Source: Mustelus asterias
Lineage: Eukaryota
Assembly: GCF_964213995.1 (NCBI RefSeq)
Contig: NC_135816.1
Location: forward strand, 64,356,001-64,420,000
Direction of reading: 5' to 3'
Length of the DNA: 64,000 bases
Part shown: positions 35,627 to 49,172 of the stretch, one piece after another
Layout of the letters: every line of letters begins with the position of its first letter
Position numbering within the stretch: the first letter of the stretch is position 1
The notes under the pieces: model-generated
Database searches by the model: none
What the model saw: only the letters and a program-made list of their open reading frames with translations
What the model was told of the DNA's origin: nothing
Program-made: the position numbers and the translations under genes

Positions 35627-35748
35627 GGTTAGATTATGTGGTTCCAAAAACTGGCTACTATTGCAAACTCTGCTGTCTCTTCTACACAAGTGAAGAGACA
35701 GCGAAGCAGACTCACTGTGGCACTGTTGATCATTATCAGAGACTTAAG
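35627..35748 (+). CDS. MATR3: Matrin-3-like exon, matrin-type zinc finger 2 ([40 protein letters not shown])
   Basis: ctttcag / gtaagt; 122 nt, phase 1 to 0. Confidence 0.95.
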
Positions 35749-36764
35749 GTAAGTCTGAATGTTAAGGGAAGTAGATTTTTCTTTCTTTCCACATGTGTCC
35801 CTTTTTGAAGAAGTTCCTTGCTTTGAAGAAGCTTAGCTTTCAGAATAAGGAACACAAAGTTCGAATAGTTTCCAATTTCTATCTTTAGTCATGCAATCTA
35901 AGCCAGGCAATAAAAACAGGCAGTTTCAGAATGTGGAGCATTTCTTCTAGGTAGCCCAAGTGTGGAGTTCTGTATTGTCAGAAGGGGGGAGGGTCAAATA
36001 GTGCATGTAATTCATGTGAAAAATAAAGTATTTCAGACCATCTGTGTGATCCTATTAAGTGGAGGATGAAAGTTTGAAGAATGAGACAACCATTAAATTG
36101 CTGGTGCATTGTTTTTTGTAGCAACACATTTTTTGGTGAGATAGATTTTTAGAAGATGTGTTTCCACTTAGATTATCACTATTGAACTCAACAAGAGTTA
36201 AACTGAGCAGCTTAATTGAGCAATTTTTATCCTATATTGATATGGAAAAATGAGCATACGTATATATGATATCTCATCATGCACTGAAATATATATATAT
36301 ATGTGTGTGTGTCTGTTTTCGTTGCAGTAAAGCATGGGCAATTAGTTATATTTACAATTGCACGTATAGGCGAAATTGCCTAAACAATTGCTTGAAGTGT
36401 AAGTTGATAATTTGACAAGGGCAGCAGGCCATCTGGGATCTTGATTAACAATAGGCAAAATATTTCTTCTCTTTAATCAATGAGATTGAAGGATTGAGAA
36501 AGATACCGAGGAAGGGCTGAGAAAGTTAATTAGGGTGGGTGAATTCAATGTCAAGTCAGGTACATCAAGTGAGGGAAACATTGGATTGGGAAACATAAAA
36601 GAGAAAAGACAAGCTAAAATTAGACATTTTTAAATCTAAAAGTTTTCATCTTGAAGTAACTTTTAATTGTTTATTCCCTTCGCAAGTGATGTTGACTGGC
36701 AACCATTAATAATTATTACATCATTAAAAGGATCATTGCATTGTTAATTACTAGACTTAACTTT

Positions 36765-37895
36765 GTCAGAAATTGCTGGAAAATCTCCAGGTCTGACAGC
36801 ATCGGTGGCGAGAGAATAGAACTAATGTTTCAGGTCTGGATGATCCTTCGTCAGAGGCGAAGACAAAGAAAACAGGACAAGATTTATTCTGTAACGTCGG
36901 GGGGTGTAATTGACAAAGATGTCATGGACAAAAAAAAGGGAATGTAAATGGTAGTAAAGACTTGAGAATGGTGCTAATAGCAGCCCATTAAGAGATCGGA
37001 ATGTGTAAATGGCAGAAAAAAGGTGCAGAGTGTCAAAGGACCACCTGAGGCATGTGGCAGATGTCCTTGTGAGAGGGGGCAGAACACAATGGAGAAGGAG
37101 ATTTTTAAGAAGTGGACAAATGAAACGATGGAAGTAATACAAATGGATTAATAAGCTAAAAATAAATGGAGTGGAAGTGGAGGAGAGAGTTCATGCTCTG
37201 AAGTTGTTTAACTCAATGTTAATTCCAGAAGGCTGTCAAGTGCCTAATCGGAAGATGGGGTGCTGTTCCTCCAGTTGGCGTTGGACTTCACTGGAACATT
37301 GCAACAGTAAGAAGTTTAACAACTTCAAGTGGAGAGGATCTCCAAGAGGTTGTTAAACTTCTTACTGTGTTTACCCCAGTCCAACGCCGGCATCTCCACA
37401 TTGCAACAGGCCATGGACAGACATGTGGATAAGAGAACAGGATGGTGTGTTGAAATGGCAAGCGACAGGAATGTTTGGGTCCTGCTTGTGGATGGACCGA
37501 AGGTGTTCTGCAAAGCGGTCACCCAGTCTGCGTTGGTCTCTGATGTAGAGTAGATCGCATTGTGAGCAGCGAATATAAAGCAGATTAAAGGAGGTGCACG
37601 TGAAGTGCTGCTTCACCTGAAAAGGTGAGCTTCGTGGGCTGCTTTTAGCACCATTCTCAGCCTTAACTACCACCATTTACATTCCCTTTGTCTTTTTGTC
37701 TATTACATCTTTGTCAATTATACCCCCCACCCCCGTTCCGCCCTTACAGTATAAATCTCGTCCTGTTTTCTTTGTCTTCAGCTCTGACGAATGTAAGCTC
37801 TGTTTTCCACCTCCGCAGATGCTGTCAGACTTGCTGAGATTTTCCAGCAATTTCTGTTTTTGTTTCAAATTCCAGCATCCGCAGTATTTTCTTTT
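36765..37895. mobile_element. Penelope-like element remnant with inverted ends
   Basis: GIY-YIG remnant on - (FTCTSFNLLYIRCSQC...LGDRFAEHLRS); inverted terminal segments at about 36765-36950 and 37680-37855. Confidence 0.75.
37308..37397. mobile_element. Short Penelope-type hairpin insertion nested in an older Penelope
   Basis: Same terminus in reverse; 12-bp direct repeat ACATTGCAACAG. Confidence 0.8.
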
Positions 37896-38402
37896 AGACT
37901 TAACTTTGTGTTTGAGTTTTACTGGCAATTAACGTGGAAATAGAAACTCTGAAAATTATGGGACGTTAAGCTTAGTGAATTGGTACAAATCAGCCAGAAA
38001 CTGGTGGTAGTTTTCAATTTATGGGATAGCTCGTCTTTCCTACAGATTGCTGGCCTATTTATGCTTTAATAGCTACATGCTTTGTTTATATGCCTTTTTG
38101 GCAAAATCTGGTTCATTGCATTGCATTAAGGGGTTATATAAGCAAATATGATGCAATCCTCATTGCATTTTGCTGTGGATCAGGATTCCTAGGTGGCTGC
38201 GTAAATGCTCATAAGGGCATTTTCATTTTTATTACTGTAAAATTTATCATGAACATTTGTAATAAAAACAGAATTTGACTGATTGGTGCCCTATAACTCA
38301 CTGACACTGCTTGTCGTCGTCTTTCAACCAGGCACGGTGAGGGTTTTCTGTGGCAATGTCCGTGTTACTATTTTAACATATTTTTTTGCTATACTTTTAA
38401 AG

Positions 38403-38468
38403 AAAACACTGGCCAAGCAAGCAATGGACTACTGGAGAGAAAAGCAGCAGCAAATCATTCAGGAGTAA
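38403..38468 (+). CDS. MATR3: Matrin-3-like terminal coding exon (KTLAKQAMDYWREKQQQIIQE*)
   Basis: T-rich tract then ttaaag acceptor; phase 0; resembles KFLNKLAEERRQKKET*. Confidence 0.8.
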   Translation, partial: KTLAKQAMDYWREKQQQIIQE

Positions 38469-41400
38469 CTGAACAAGAACCTGGCAACCAATGAGAAGCA
38501 TAATTCCAGTATTACCCAAAACATTGAACACAAACTGACAACCCAGATGGATGTGGTCTTTTTTGCAGTTTATAAACTGAAAACATTTACTTGAGTATCG
38601 TGCTCTAATGTTGAAAAACCTAGGAGTATACAAAAGTTTGAGTTTTGAAACATTGATATGTCACAGCTTTCATGTTTGTTTTTTTTAGTTTTGAAGCTTC
38701 AGTAAGTGTAACTCCAATTGCAGCAAACCACATATCCCTCCAGCTGTGAAACCCAAGTCCCAATGCCTCAATCTTGAACACAGTATGATCTCTTGCTATG
38801 AGCTGCTTCTCACCACTACCTACATTAATGTTTTATAAAGCAGTGATTATGCCTTCAGTGCTAACAATATGAAGCTTCAAACTTTTTTTAAAAGGTTGAT
38901 TTGTTAACACCTGAATATAACAAAAACATCTAAGCAAATACATCCAACATGCAGTATTTGTCTCTGGTTAAACATCTGGAATTGGTTTGTGAAGAGATGA
39001 AGTGCTAGTTATGTTTTGTTGAGCTAATATAAATGTTAACAATGTAACTGGCAGTGTTGGAAAAAAGTAAAATACTCTTTCGATAGAAATCCATTTTGAG
39101 AAATGTAATGAGAATGATTGAAATGTTAAATGAGAGTGAATCTCATCCATCATTATTCCTTGGCTTGTTTAAATTGGAATATTGAGTTGTATTGGTTATG
39201 TTTTCAATTGTAAAACCATAAATAGGGAGTTTGTAATCTGGGTTGTGATATATTGGACCAACACTGACATCCATCCATCTCAACCCAAAATGAGCAAAGT
39301 TTTGAGGGTTTTCCTTTAACACCTATAAACAGTGGAAAAATACAGCACATTCTATTTTATTGTCTTAAAATAGTTGTTTCTACATTCATTCAGTGAATTT
39401 TCATCTGCAATTTAGGAATTATTGTCACCCTGCAATATAAATCAGCTAAAGAAATGCCATTGTCTGGGAGGTCTACATGTACAAAGTGCGACATTCTTAA
39501 GGTTGTTTCGCCTCCATCCCTCCCCATGGATTAGCAGTAATTCACATTTTTCTGTGAACTTTCATTTTTTTCAGAAAATAAGGTTATGTACAGCAAGTAC
39601 TCTACCATTTTTACTTTTGTAAGCATGCTGAAGTAGCATATTCAATGCTTGGTGTAATGTTAGGTAAACATGCAGTTATAATTTATAGCAAACTCTCAAT
39701 CTGCAATTAAGAGTGTTTTACAAATATCATTCTTGGTCATATGAATTTTGTTTATACCAGATCTTATTTAGCTCATTTTACTGATTACTGTCATGCGCAG
39801 TTTTTGTTAGGACCAATGAATCAGTTAATGTAACAGCTGTTTTTTGCGTCACACCCGTAATTGTAGAAGGTTTGGTCAGTGATTGAACAGTGAAACAGTT
39901 TTTTTTAAAGATCTCTAATGTATGATTTTAAACTGTACCTGATGTTGCAGTTTCCGGTAACTTGTCTAGTCCTAAAGTGATATGTGGCAACTTCACCGAA
40001 TCTGGATGGATCAACATTCTAAATCTGGAACGCAATAAAACAAATGTGTATTTTGGAAGTCCCCATTACTGTGTTTTGTAGACTGAAGTAGATTCTTTCA
40101 GGGCGCTATCTAGACTCTGGTGTGGGCATTCCATTTGGTTTCTTGAGACCTTTGTACTTCAGTTCATTCATACGGATTGCAGCACAATGCCTGACGTGCA
40201 TAGTGAAATCGGAGTCTTCATTCAACATGACTGCCTGAGAGAATTTAAATATTAAAATTGTACCTGTGTGAAAACCCACAAAGACAGACGTGCAATGAAA
40301 AAGTGAGGGTTATATTGCTAAATTTATTTCACAGGATTGTATGCTGCATTCAATGTATGAACTTGCGAAATGGATAATTAAGAGGCATGAACTTTGTTGG
40401 TTGTTTTCAGATGTCACATTTTCCAAAGTCTTGTGCAATTGTAACTCAGTTTTAGATACTCATGTTGCTGATGCATCAGTAGTGTCATGCATGGACTCGG
40501 AAAGGTCACTGTAAATTCTTGCATATTGTGTCGTAAGGATATTCAAAATATCTTTGCCATTAATAACAAAAATTGAAAATTCCAAGGGAACCAAAAAAAC
40601 TCAAAATAACAGTTTGACTCCATTAGACTAATTAAGCCTCAGACATTGTTTTTCTGTTGGTTGCACATTTTCTAAATACTATCTTGTTGTTTATTTAGAA
40701 AGTGTAGAAAATTTAAGCACATATTTTAAAACATTTTAACTCTATGTGGAACATACAACAGAGGTGCACTAAAAGTCTAATACCCCTCAGAATTATTGCA
40801 AAAGCTATGATTATTGTGTTTTGCTGCTGATAAGGTGTCAAAGATCAAATTTAAGAACATTGAGGTTTCTGTCACACTGTCCTAAATTTATCTGAAGTGA
40901 CTTGTTTTCAGTTTGCCTCAGAGTCTAAATCAGATCCTTATCTTCATCTGCAGTTGAACTCACATAACTTGCTTTTGCATTTCTAAGAGCAAGCTTGCTT
41001 GTCTATTCGATCTACAAGTGTATTTAGTAAACTGCTGAGAGATGGTGTTGGTATTTAAAGTATTCAGACATACAAAATCATTGCCGATTAGAACTGTGAT
41101 GTACTCTTGCTTCTTGTTTAAATCTGTGGTCTTTAGTAAAGACATTGTTTTGTATTCAAACTGTTTAAACATTTTTCCTTGATTTTGATCTGTAATGAAC
41201 CCACTGCTGTACAAAGAAGCCTTGGTAGATCATGCCGTCCAAACATATGGCCAGAATTGACCTGCTAGATTACTCTGTCCATCAGCAGTATATGCCTGGC
41301 CTGGGTAGAGGAGTATTCCCAGTTCTTGGGCAGCATGTGAAAGCCAAGTTGTTCCCCTTTGGGAGTGATATATGACTCCCAAATGATGTGTGAAATTTCT

Positions 41401-41720
41401 GAGAACAGCTAAACACAGGATACTGCAACGAGCAGTAAATTGGAGAGTAGATTAGTTATTTGAAAAATGGGGTAGTTAATGAAGTGGGCCGGTTTCCTTT
41501 TATTTCATGTTTGATTGCAGTGTTGTTTAAAAATGTTTGCTTTTAAACTTTCTTCAACCTTGATGTGTCCAGGATCAGTTGGAAAACAAGCTTTAAATGA
41601 CAAAATGTGAAATTGTTGGTTTATTTTGTTTGTTTAAAATTGTGTTGTTGAGAAGATTGGCTGGAATGGAGAACCTGTTATGCCTGAACACTACACAATA
41701 AAAATTTTATATCGTTATTG
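38469..41720 (+). promoter_or_regulatory. Probable long AU-rich 3'UTR with candidate polyA signals AATAAA at 40034-40039 and 41697-41702
   Basis: About 3.2 kb without recognisable TEs after the stop codon; AATAAA hexamers followed by GT/T-rich sequence. Confidence 0.5.
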
Positions 41721-42968
41721 GTGACAGATGGTGTTAGGAGAACCAACTCCTTAATTTGTTTTTTGCCTAGCAGATGTAAGAGTGATAAACCTTGTAGTAT
41801 TGAGACAGACAGACAAGCAAGAATTGGGAGGACAATTTAATTTGTGTACAAACAGAAAATCTCAAAACCAAAACAAAACAGACACATGATCGCTGCTTCA
41901 TATTTCAGTTCAGTTCTGTTTTCTCTCCGGTAAATAACATGTGAATTCCAGCCCCACTACAGAATTTGAGCATGTAATATGGGTTATCATTTCAATCCAG
42001 CACTGAATCTTGTGTTACACTGTTCAGAGGGGACATGACAGCACAGCTTGTCCACCTATTTATTTAGATTAATGGCATTATGCAAAAGAGCATAGTGCTC
42101 TCCACGAGTCCTAGCCAAGATTCTTTCCTTAACCAGCATTACGAAATATGGATTATCTGGTTTTTGTACCATTATTAAATGTCAGACACGGTCCCAGTTT
42201 CCACATTGAGTGGATGAAATACTTGGCTAATAAATAGTAATGCAAGTTAGAAATTATATTAAACTAGTTACAGAAAATGAAGGATAGGATGAGAGCAATA
42301 GAGAAAACATAACTATAAACTCATTCATTCATATAAAGATCTAGGCATCAACTATCTACTTAAATTTTTGAAATAATGCGGATTTAAGAGTTGCTTTGGT
42401 TGCAGTTGGCAAGCTGGGTATAAATTGTGTTAGTTTTTCGAAATGAAGTTTCCATTCAAACCCATTGCATTATTGTGAAAGTAAAATCTTCCATGAACCA
42501 GTGTATTGGCAAGAATAATAGAATGTAATTATTTTTACAGCTGAAAATGGGATTATCACAAAATCCATTTTTACTAAGTGTTTAGCCCACAACCTGTGAG
42601 TAATCTTTTTAAATTATCGCCAGTGAAGAAGTGCAAGTGAAAACTTACCATGCTCTTTTTTCCATATGTAGCCTTTCAGTGTAATGTTTTAGAACTGTTA
42701 AAGATAGCAGAAATTAGATTTATGCTCATTTTAACTTGCTTAAAATTCTGTAGTGTTTTATGCTGGTATATATTATATGTGGGGGATGTTTTAATCATAA
42801 GACCTTTGTGTCCAAATGGAGGGATCTAATTTGTAGAATTATGGGAATTCTCCTTCCCGGAACTGGTTGATATTCCATCCATGTACAGAAAAAGCTCAGG
42901 GTATGAACATTATCACAACACATCAGGCCTAGCAAATCCAGAAGAATTGATAAGAAATTCTGAAATCT

Positions 42969-43685
42969 ACATAAGAAATAGCAGGAATAGACTATGAACC
43001 AACTCTGCTATTCGGTACGATATTGGCTAAACTCACTCAGCTCTATTTTCCTACATCCCTATCCTTTGATTCCTTTTGTATCCTAATTAATTTAACCTCA
43101 GTCTTGAATATTCTAATCAACTGAACATGTACAGCACTCTGGGAGTTAGAATTTCAAAGAATCACAGCCTCTTGAGTGAAGAAATTTCTCCTCATCTCAA
43201 TCCTAAGTGGCTGATCTGATCCTGAGACCATGTCCTTCAGTTCCAGACACTCTGACCAGGGGAAACTGCTCCTCTGTATCTCCCATGTCAAACCCTCAAA
43301 GCATTCTATACATTTCAGTGAGATCACCCCTCATTCGTCTAAATTCTGGAGAATATAAGCCTATTTTACTCAGTCTCTCTTTTGTCCTCTCATCCCAGAA
43401 ATCAAGCTAGTGATGTCATTTCATTCCCAAAGGCAAATGGATCATTCCTTGGGTAAGGAGACCAAATTGAATATGGCACACCAAGTTTGATCTCTTTGTA
43501 AGAATGCCTTACTGTTATACTCCAATCCCCTTGCAAGAAAGGCTAACATACCATTTACTTTATTAATTGGACACATGAATCTCTGGATACCAACATTTAT
43601 CGGTCTCAACTTGGTTATAAAAAAAATCCTCCCTTTCTATCAAGATGGATAACTTCATGCTTCCCCACATTATACTCCATTTGTC
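42969..43685 (-). mobile_element. Old CR1 3' fragment
   Basis: Degenerate homology to the CR1 3' end (cataagaaatagcagga...). Confidence 0.7.
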
Positions 43686-43899
43686 AAGGTAAGTTGAGCT
43701 GGAGACCCCACAGTACATCAGGTGGGTGAAATGAAGTTTTGCTTTGCTAACAGTTTGTAAACTGTTCTAGGCAGTTGAAACTCCTTATCCTTTTCATTTT
43801 TTATATATTTTTCATAATTTTGTATTTATGCTCTATCAAATTTGCATCAGTTCATTTTCCGCTGGTTCTCTTTTTCACTACCACCAGTTGTTAAGTATC

Positions 43900-44288
43900 A
43901 GTGTTGACTTAGTAGCAGCATTCTTGTCTCAATGAAAAGTCCAACTTGAAGTATTTAAGCTTATAGTTGAGTGCAGCACTGTGAATGCTGCACTTGGTGG
44001 AGTGTGCCATCTTCAGATGAGATGTTAAACCCATGGTTTGAGTGCATTTTATAGGTGGGTGTAAAATATTCTACAGTGCAATTCGAAGATAAGTAGAGGA
44101 GTGCTTCTAACCAATGTTTATCTTTCAATCACCATCATTTAAATACTTTTATTGCTGTTGGTAAGCTGAATGAACAAATTGGCTGCTGCATTTACCAACA
44201 TTACAAATGTAACTACATTTTAAAAGTAATTGACAGTGAAGCACTTTGGGACACCTTGTGAGGAATGCTATATAAATTCAAGTTCTTC
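43900..44288 (+). mobile_element. Ancient Deu-domain SINE (AmnSINE1/SacSINE1-like), degenerate
   Basis: GCTGCACT..GGAG..TGCCATCTTCAGATGAGATGTTAAACC core and L2-like tail GAAGCACTTTGGGACA...GCTATATAAATTCAAGTTCTT; related remnants near 41950-42210 and 61805-61930. Confidence 0.65.
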
Positions 44289-46709
44289 ACCATATCTTTA
44301 TCTGACAAGAACTCCGTCTTGTAAATGTCCTTTTTCAGTCAGTCTCTCCCCTAATTATTGTATCTCAAGAATATGAAGTCTCATAAGTTACTATATATAT
44401 CAAACACATCATTTTAATACTCTCAGCCTATATTCACACACAAATCATTAAGTCTCATAAATGCATCATCCTTTATCTCTAAAACACACATGCTTGCCTT
44501 CCATGCATCTTTCCGAAATGTGAATGTTTCACCTTCTGGCTGCTTATTGTTAAGTTCAAATTTCATTTCGCCTCCAGATTCATTCTCTTCCATCACTAGT
44601 TTTCCAGAAACAATTTCACACTAGTAATTTTATCAAATAATGACTTGTGAATTGAATATTTCTCAAATGTTTATTCTTCATTGAGCTTTGCTAATTTTCC
44701 ATTAGCAGAAACATCTCATAGCACTATCAGTTAAAATCCCCAGTGCTCAAGCTTTGTTTAAAGTTCACATACCTGAATAGCACCAACATTGTAGTTCCCC
44801 TCTGCATCATGGCTAAGATTAGCAAAATCGTTTATCCCTATTGTCTGGATTATTTGCTAATTCAATGCTGAATGTTCAAAGATCAATTTACCATTTCAAA
44901 CTTAAACCTCCAATCAATATAAGGTAAATAGTATGTTGGACATTCATAAGGCTTTCAACTTCATCCTGCTCTATCAACTCTACACAGCATAGGGGTGACA
45001 GTGAAGTACATTTGAAGTATTTGTTTTAGTCCCAATAGTTGCGAGGCTGTGGCATAGCGGTATTGTCACTGGACAATTAACTCACTGGAGGAGGCAGCTG
45101 CAGCTCCCCAAATATCCCCATCCTTAATGGTGGGTGAGTCCTGCACATCAATGCAAATGATAAGACTGAAGCATTTGCAACAATGTTAAGTGGTGATCCA
45201 TCTTGGTCTCCTCTGGAGGTTCCCAGTATCACAAGCCAGTCTTCGGCCAATTTGATTCACTCTGTGATACCAAGAAACAGCTGAAGGCACTGGATACTGC
45301 AAAGGCTAGAAACCCTGACTATTCCAGCAATAGTACTGAAGACTTGTGCTCCAGAATTTGCTGTACCCTCCGCTAAGTTGTTCCAATACAGCTACATTCT
45401 AACCAACAATGTGGGAAATTGCCCAGTTATGTCCTGTACACGCAAGAAAGCAGGACAAATCTAACCTGGCCAATTACTGCTCCAACAGTCTACTTTTGCT
45501 CATCAATATAATGATGTGATCATCAACAGTGATGTCAACTAACCCTTGCTTAGCAATTGCATACTGACACTCAGTTTGGATTCTGCCAGGGTTACTCAGC
45601 TCCTGACCATATCACAGCCTTGGTTTGAAAAGGGACAGTACAGCTAAATTCCAGAGTTGAGATGAGAGTGACTGCCTCACTATAAGAAGGATGTGGAAGC
45701 ACTGGAAAGAGTGCAGAGGAGATTTACCAGGATGCTGCCTGGTTTGGAGGGTAGGTCTTACGAGGAAAGGTTGAGGGAGCTAGGGCTGTTCTCTCTGGAG
45801 CGGAGGAGGCTGAGGGGAGACTTAATAGAGGTTTATAAAATGATGAAGGGGATAGATAGAGTGAACGTTCAAAGACTATTTCCTCGGGTGGATGGAGCTA
45901 TTACAAGGGGGCATAACTACAGGGTTCGTGGTGGGAGATATAGGAAGGATATCAGAGGTAGGTTCTTTACGCAGAGTGGTTGAGGTGTGGAATGGACTGC
46001 CTGCAGTGATAGTGGAGTCAGACACTTTAGGAACATTTAAGCGGTTATTGGATAGGCACATGGAGCACACCAGGATGGTAGGGAGTGGGATAGCTTGATC
46101 TTGGTTTCAGATAAAGCTCGGCACAACATCGTGGGCCGAAGGGCTTGTTCTGTGCTGTACTGTTCTATGTTCTATGTCAAGGCAGCATTTGACCAAGTGT
46201 GATATCAAAACTAGAGTCAATGGAAATCCAGGGGAAAATTCTTGGTTGGAATTCTACCTACAAAGGAAAATTATTGTGGTTGGAGGTCAATCATCTCAGT
46301 TCCAGGACATCGCTGCAGGAGTTCTTCCAACTATCTCCAGCTGCTTCATCAACAACCTTCCTTTCATTGTAAGGTCAGAAGTGGGGAACTTTGCTGATGA
46401 CTGCACAATGTTCATGACCATTGTGACTCCTCGGATACTTGGGCTGATAATTGGCAAGTAACGTTTGCACACACAAGTGTCAAGTGATGATCATCTCCAA
46501 CAAGGGAGAATTTAAATATTGCTTCTGGACATTCAATGGCATCATCATTGCTAAATCTCCCACTACAAAGTATCTTGGGGGTAAACATTGACCAGACGCT
46601 AAACTTGACTAGCCATGTTAAAACCATGACTACAACGACAGGTCAGAAGCTAGGAGTCCTTGGTGTGTGATTCACCCGATTCCACAAAGCCTGCTCACTA
46701 TCTATAATG

Positions 46710-47362
46710 TGGAGATGCCGGCGTTGGACTGGGGTAAGCACAGTAAGAAGTCTCACAACACCAGGTTAAAGTCCAACAGGTTTATTTGGTAGCAAATACC
46801 ATAAGCTTTCGGAGCGTGCTGCTCCTTCGTCAGATGGAGTGGTCTCTGTTCTCCAACAGTGCACAGACACAGAAATCAAGTTACAGAATACTAATTAGAA
46901 TGCAAATCTCTACAGCCAGCCAGGTCTTAAAAGGTACAGATAATGTGGCCTTCACGACACATGACAGCGCAGAGTCGCTGAGCAGAAACTGATAGCCAAG
47001 TTCCGCACACATGAGGACGGCCTAAACCGGGATGTTGGATTTATGTCACATTATCAGTAACCCCCACAGCTTGCCCCTGGTCTTGCATAATCTCACCAGC
47101 TGTTCTGTCTGGAGACAATACACATCTCTTTAACCTGTGTTTAATGTTCCCTCCAACCACATTATCTGTACCTTTTAAGACCTGGCTGGCTGTAGAGATT
47201 TGCATTCTAATTAGTATTCTGTAACTTGATTTCTGTGTCTGCACTGTTGGAGAACAGAGACCACTCCATCTGACGAAGGAGCAGCATGCTCCGAAAGCTT
47301 ATGGTATTTGCTACCAAATAAACCTGTTGGACTTTAACCTGGTGTTGTGAGACTTCTTACTG
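46710..47362. mobile_element. Penelope-type insertion with about 200-bp inverted arms around a GIY-YIG C-terminal fragment
   Basis: QRRVAEQKLIAKFRTHEDGLNRDVGFMSHYQ* on +; hammerhead-like core at 47270-47296; 14-bp direct repeat CACTATCTATAATG. Confidence 0.85.
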
Positions 47363-48659
47363 CACTATCTATAATGCAGAAGTCAGGATGCTATCGGGAC
47401 TTGATGGTTTGAGTTATAAGGAGAAACTGGATAATCTGGGACTTTTTTCTCTGGAGCATAGGAGGCTGAGGGGTGATCTTGTGGGGGTCTATAAAATAGT
47501 GAGGGGCACAGATCAGCTAGTCAATATCTTTTCCCAAAGGTGGGGGAGTCTAAAACTGGAGGGCATAGGTTTAAGGTGAGGGGAGAGATACAAAAGTGTC
47601 CAGAGGGGCAGTTTCTTCACGCAGAGGGTGGTGAATGTCTGGAACAAGCTGCCAGACGTAGTAGTAGAGGCGGGTACAATTTTGTCTCTTAAAAAGCATT
47701 TAGATAGTTACATGGGTAAGATGTGTATAGAGGGATATGGGCCAAATGCGGGTAATTGGGATTAGCTTAGGGGTTTAAAAAAGGGTGGCATGGACAAGTT
47801 GGGCCGAAGGGCCTGTTTCCATGCTGTAAACCTTTATGACTCTGGGTGTGATGGAATATCCTCGACTAGCCTGGATGAGTGCTGCTCCAACAATACTTGA
47901 GAATCATGACAACATTCAGGACAAAGCAGCCTGCTTGATTGGCAGCCCATTCACTACCTCACCAACTGATGCACAGCATCAGCATTGTGTACCATCTACA
48001 AGATGCACTACACTAAGGCTCCTTAGGCAGGACCTTACAAACTCAGGACTGCTACCATCATTTGCCTCTGTCTTCACGGTAGAGAATAATGAAGATTTTC
48101 CAAGAAATAGTTAATGCAGAGCAACTTGCTACAACAGCCATCACTAGGGACAAGGTATTCAATAAACTAATGGGATTAAAGGCAGATAAATCTCCGAGAC
48201 CTAACGGCCTGCACCGTAGGACATTAAAGGAGGTGGCAGCAGAGATAGTGGATGCATTGGTTGTGATATTTCAAAATTCGTTGGATTCTGGTAAGGTCCC
48301 GGTGATTGGAAACAGGCTAATGTGATACCCTTATTCAAAAAGGGAAAGAGGCAAAAAGTAGGAAACTATAGGCCAGTTAGCTTGACCTCTGGTTGGGAAG
48401 TTGCTGGAATCAATCATTAAGGAGGTGATGACAGAGTATTTGGAAAGTCAAAGCTCAATTCACCATGATCAGCATGGTTTTATGAAGGGAAAGTCATGAT
48501 TGACAAACTTGCTTGATTTCTTTGAGGATATAATCAGCAAGGTGGATAGTGGGGAGCCTTTGGATGTGGTATATCTAGACTTCCAGAAGGTGTTTGACAA
48601 GATGCCGCATAAAAGACTGATCCAGGAGGTGAGATTGCAGGGGATTGGGTGTAGTGTAC

Positions 48660-49172
48660 TGTTGTGGGAAATCACCACTCAGAGTCAGACTTAAAGATTC
48701 AACATGCAGTTTATTGAACAAAGCTTTGGGAGAAGCACTGGGCACTCCTCAGTGCTCGCAGTCAACTTCTCGATTTGGTGTGGCGGCTAGCCTTTTTTTA
48801 TACACTTTAATCATACAGACACCAGCAGTTATTGCGTCAGCAGCTTTGGGCGGTTACATATATTAACCAATTGGGCTCCCCTAGCTACAATTAGTTTCCA
48901 ATCACATTCCTTCAAAAACGACCATTAACAAAAGCCCTCTTTTTCTAAGCTAAGCTGACCACATGGACCTCAAAGTCTGGTCTTTTGGCCTAACATGCAG
49001 TTTATTTATACACTAACAGGATGTAGCTCAAAGGTTAGTCCGTTGTGCAATGTCTATGCCTAAATCAGCACATTTTAATGTCTTTCCACAGAGTCCATTT
49101 TGTACCAGGTAGCCATCTTGTATCTTCTAATTTTGAAATTCCATCTGGCAGCGTCTCCCTTTTACTCCAACA
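48660..49172. mobile_element. Solo LTR (513 bp) inserted in CR1 ORF2
   Basis: TGTTG...CAACA ends; flanks TGTAC/AGTAC (5-bp TSD with one mismatch); CR1 sequence resumes across it. Confidence 0.7.

Larger units (their letters stand above)
1116..38468 (+). other. MATR3: Matrin-3-family gene (spliced, 5' part outside window): ZnF1 end - RRM1 - RRM2 - RS/acidic region - matrin-type ZnF2
   Basis: 12 exons join in frame with canonical GT-AG sites. The peptides match recalled matrin-3 motifs (EWxQHxN..H.R.C.LL.EIYPEWNPD; STN.APGILGPPP; RVVH..; SQKYK.L; [36 protein letters not shown]...HYQ.LK). Ortholog versus paralog status is not certain. Confidence 0.88.
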
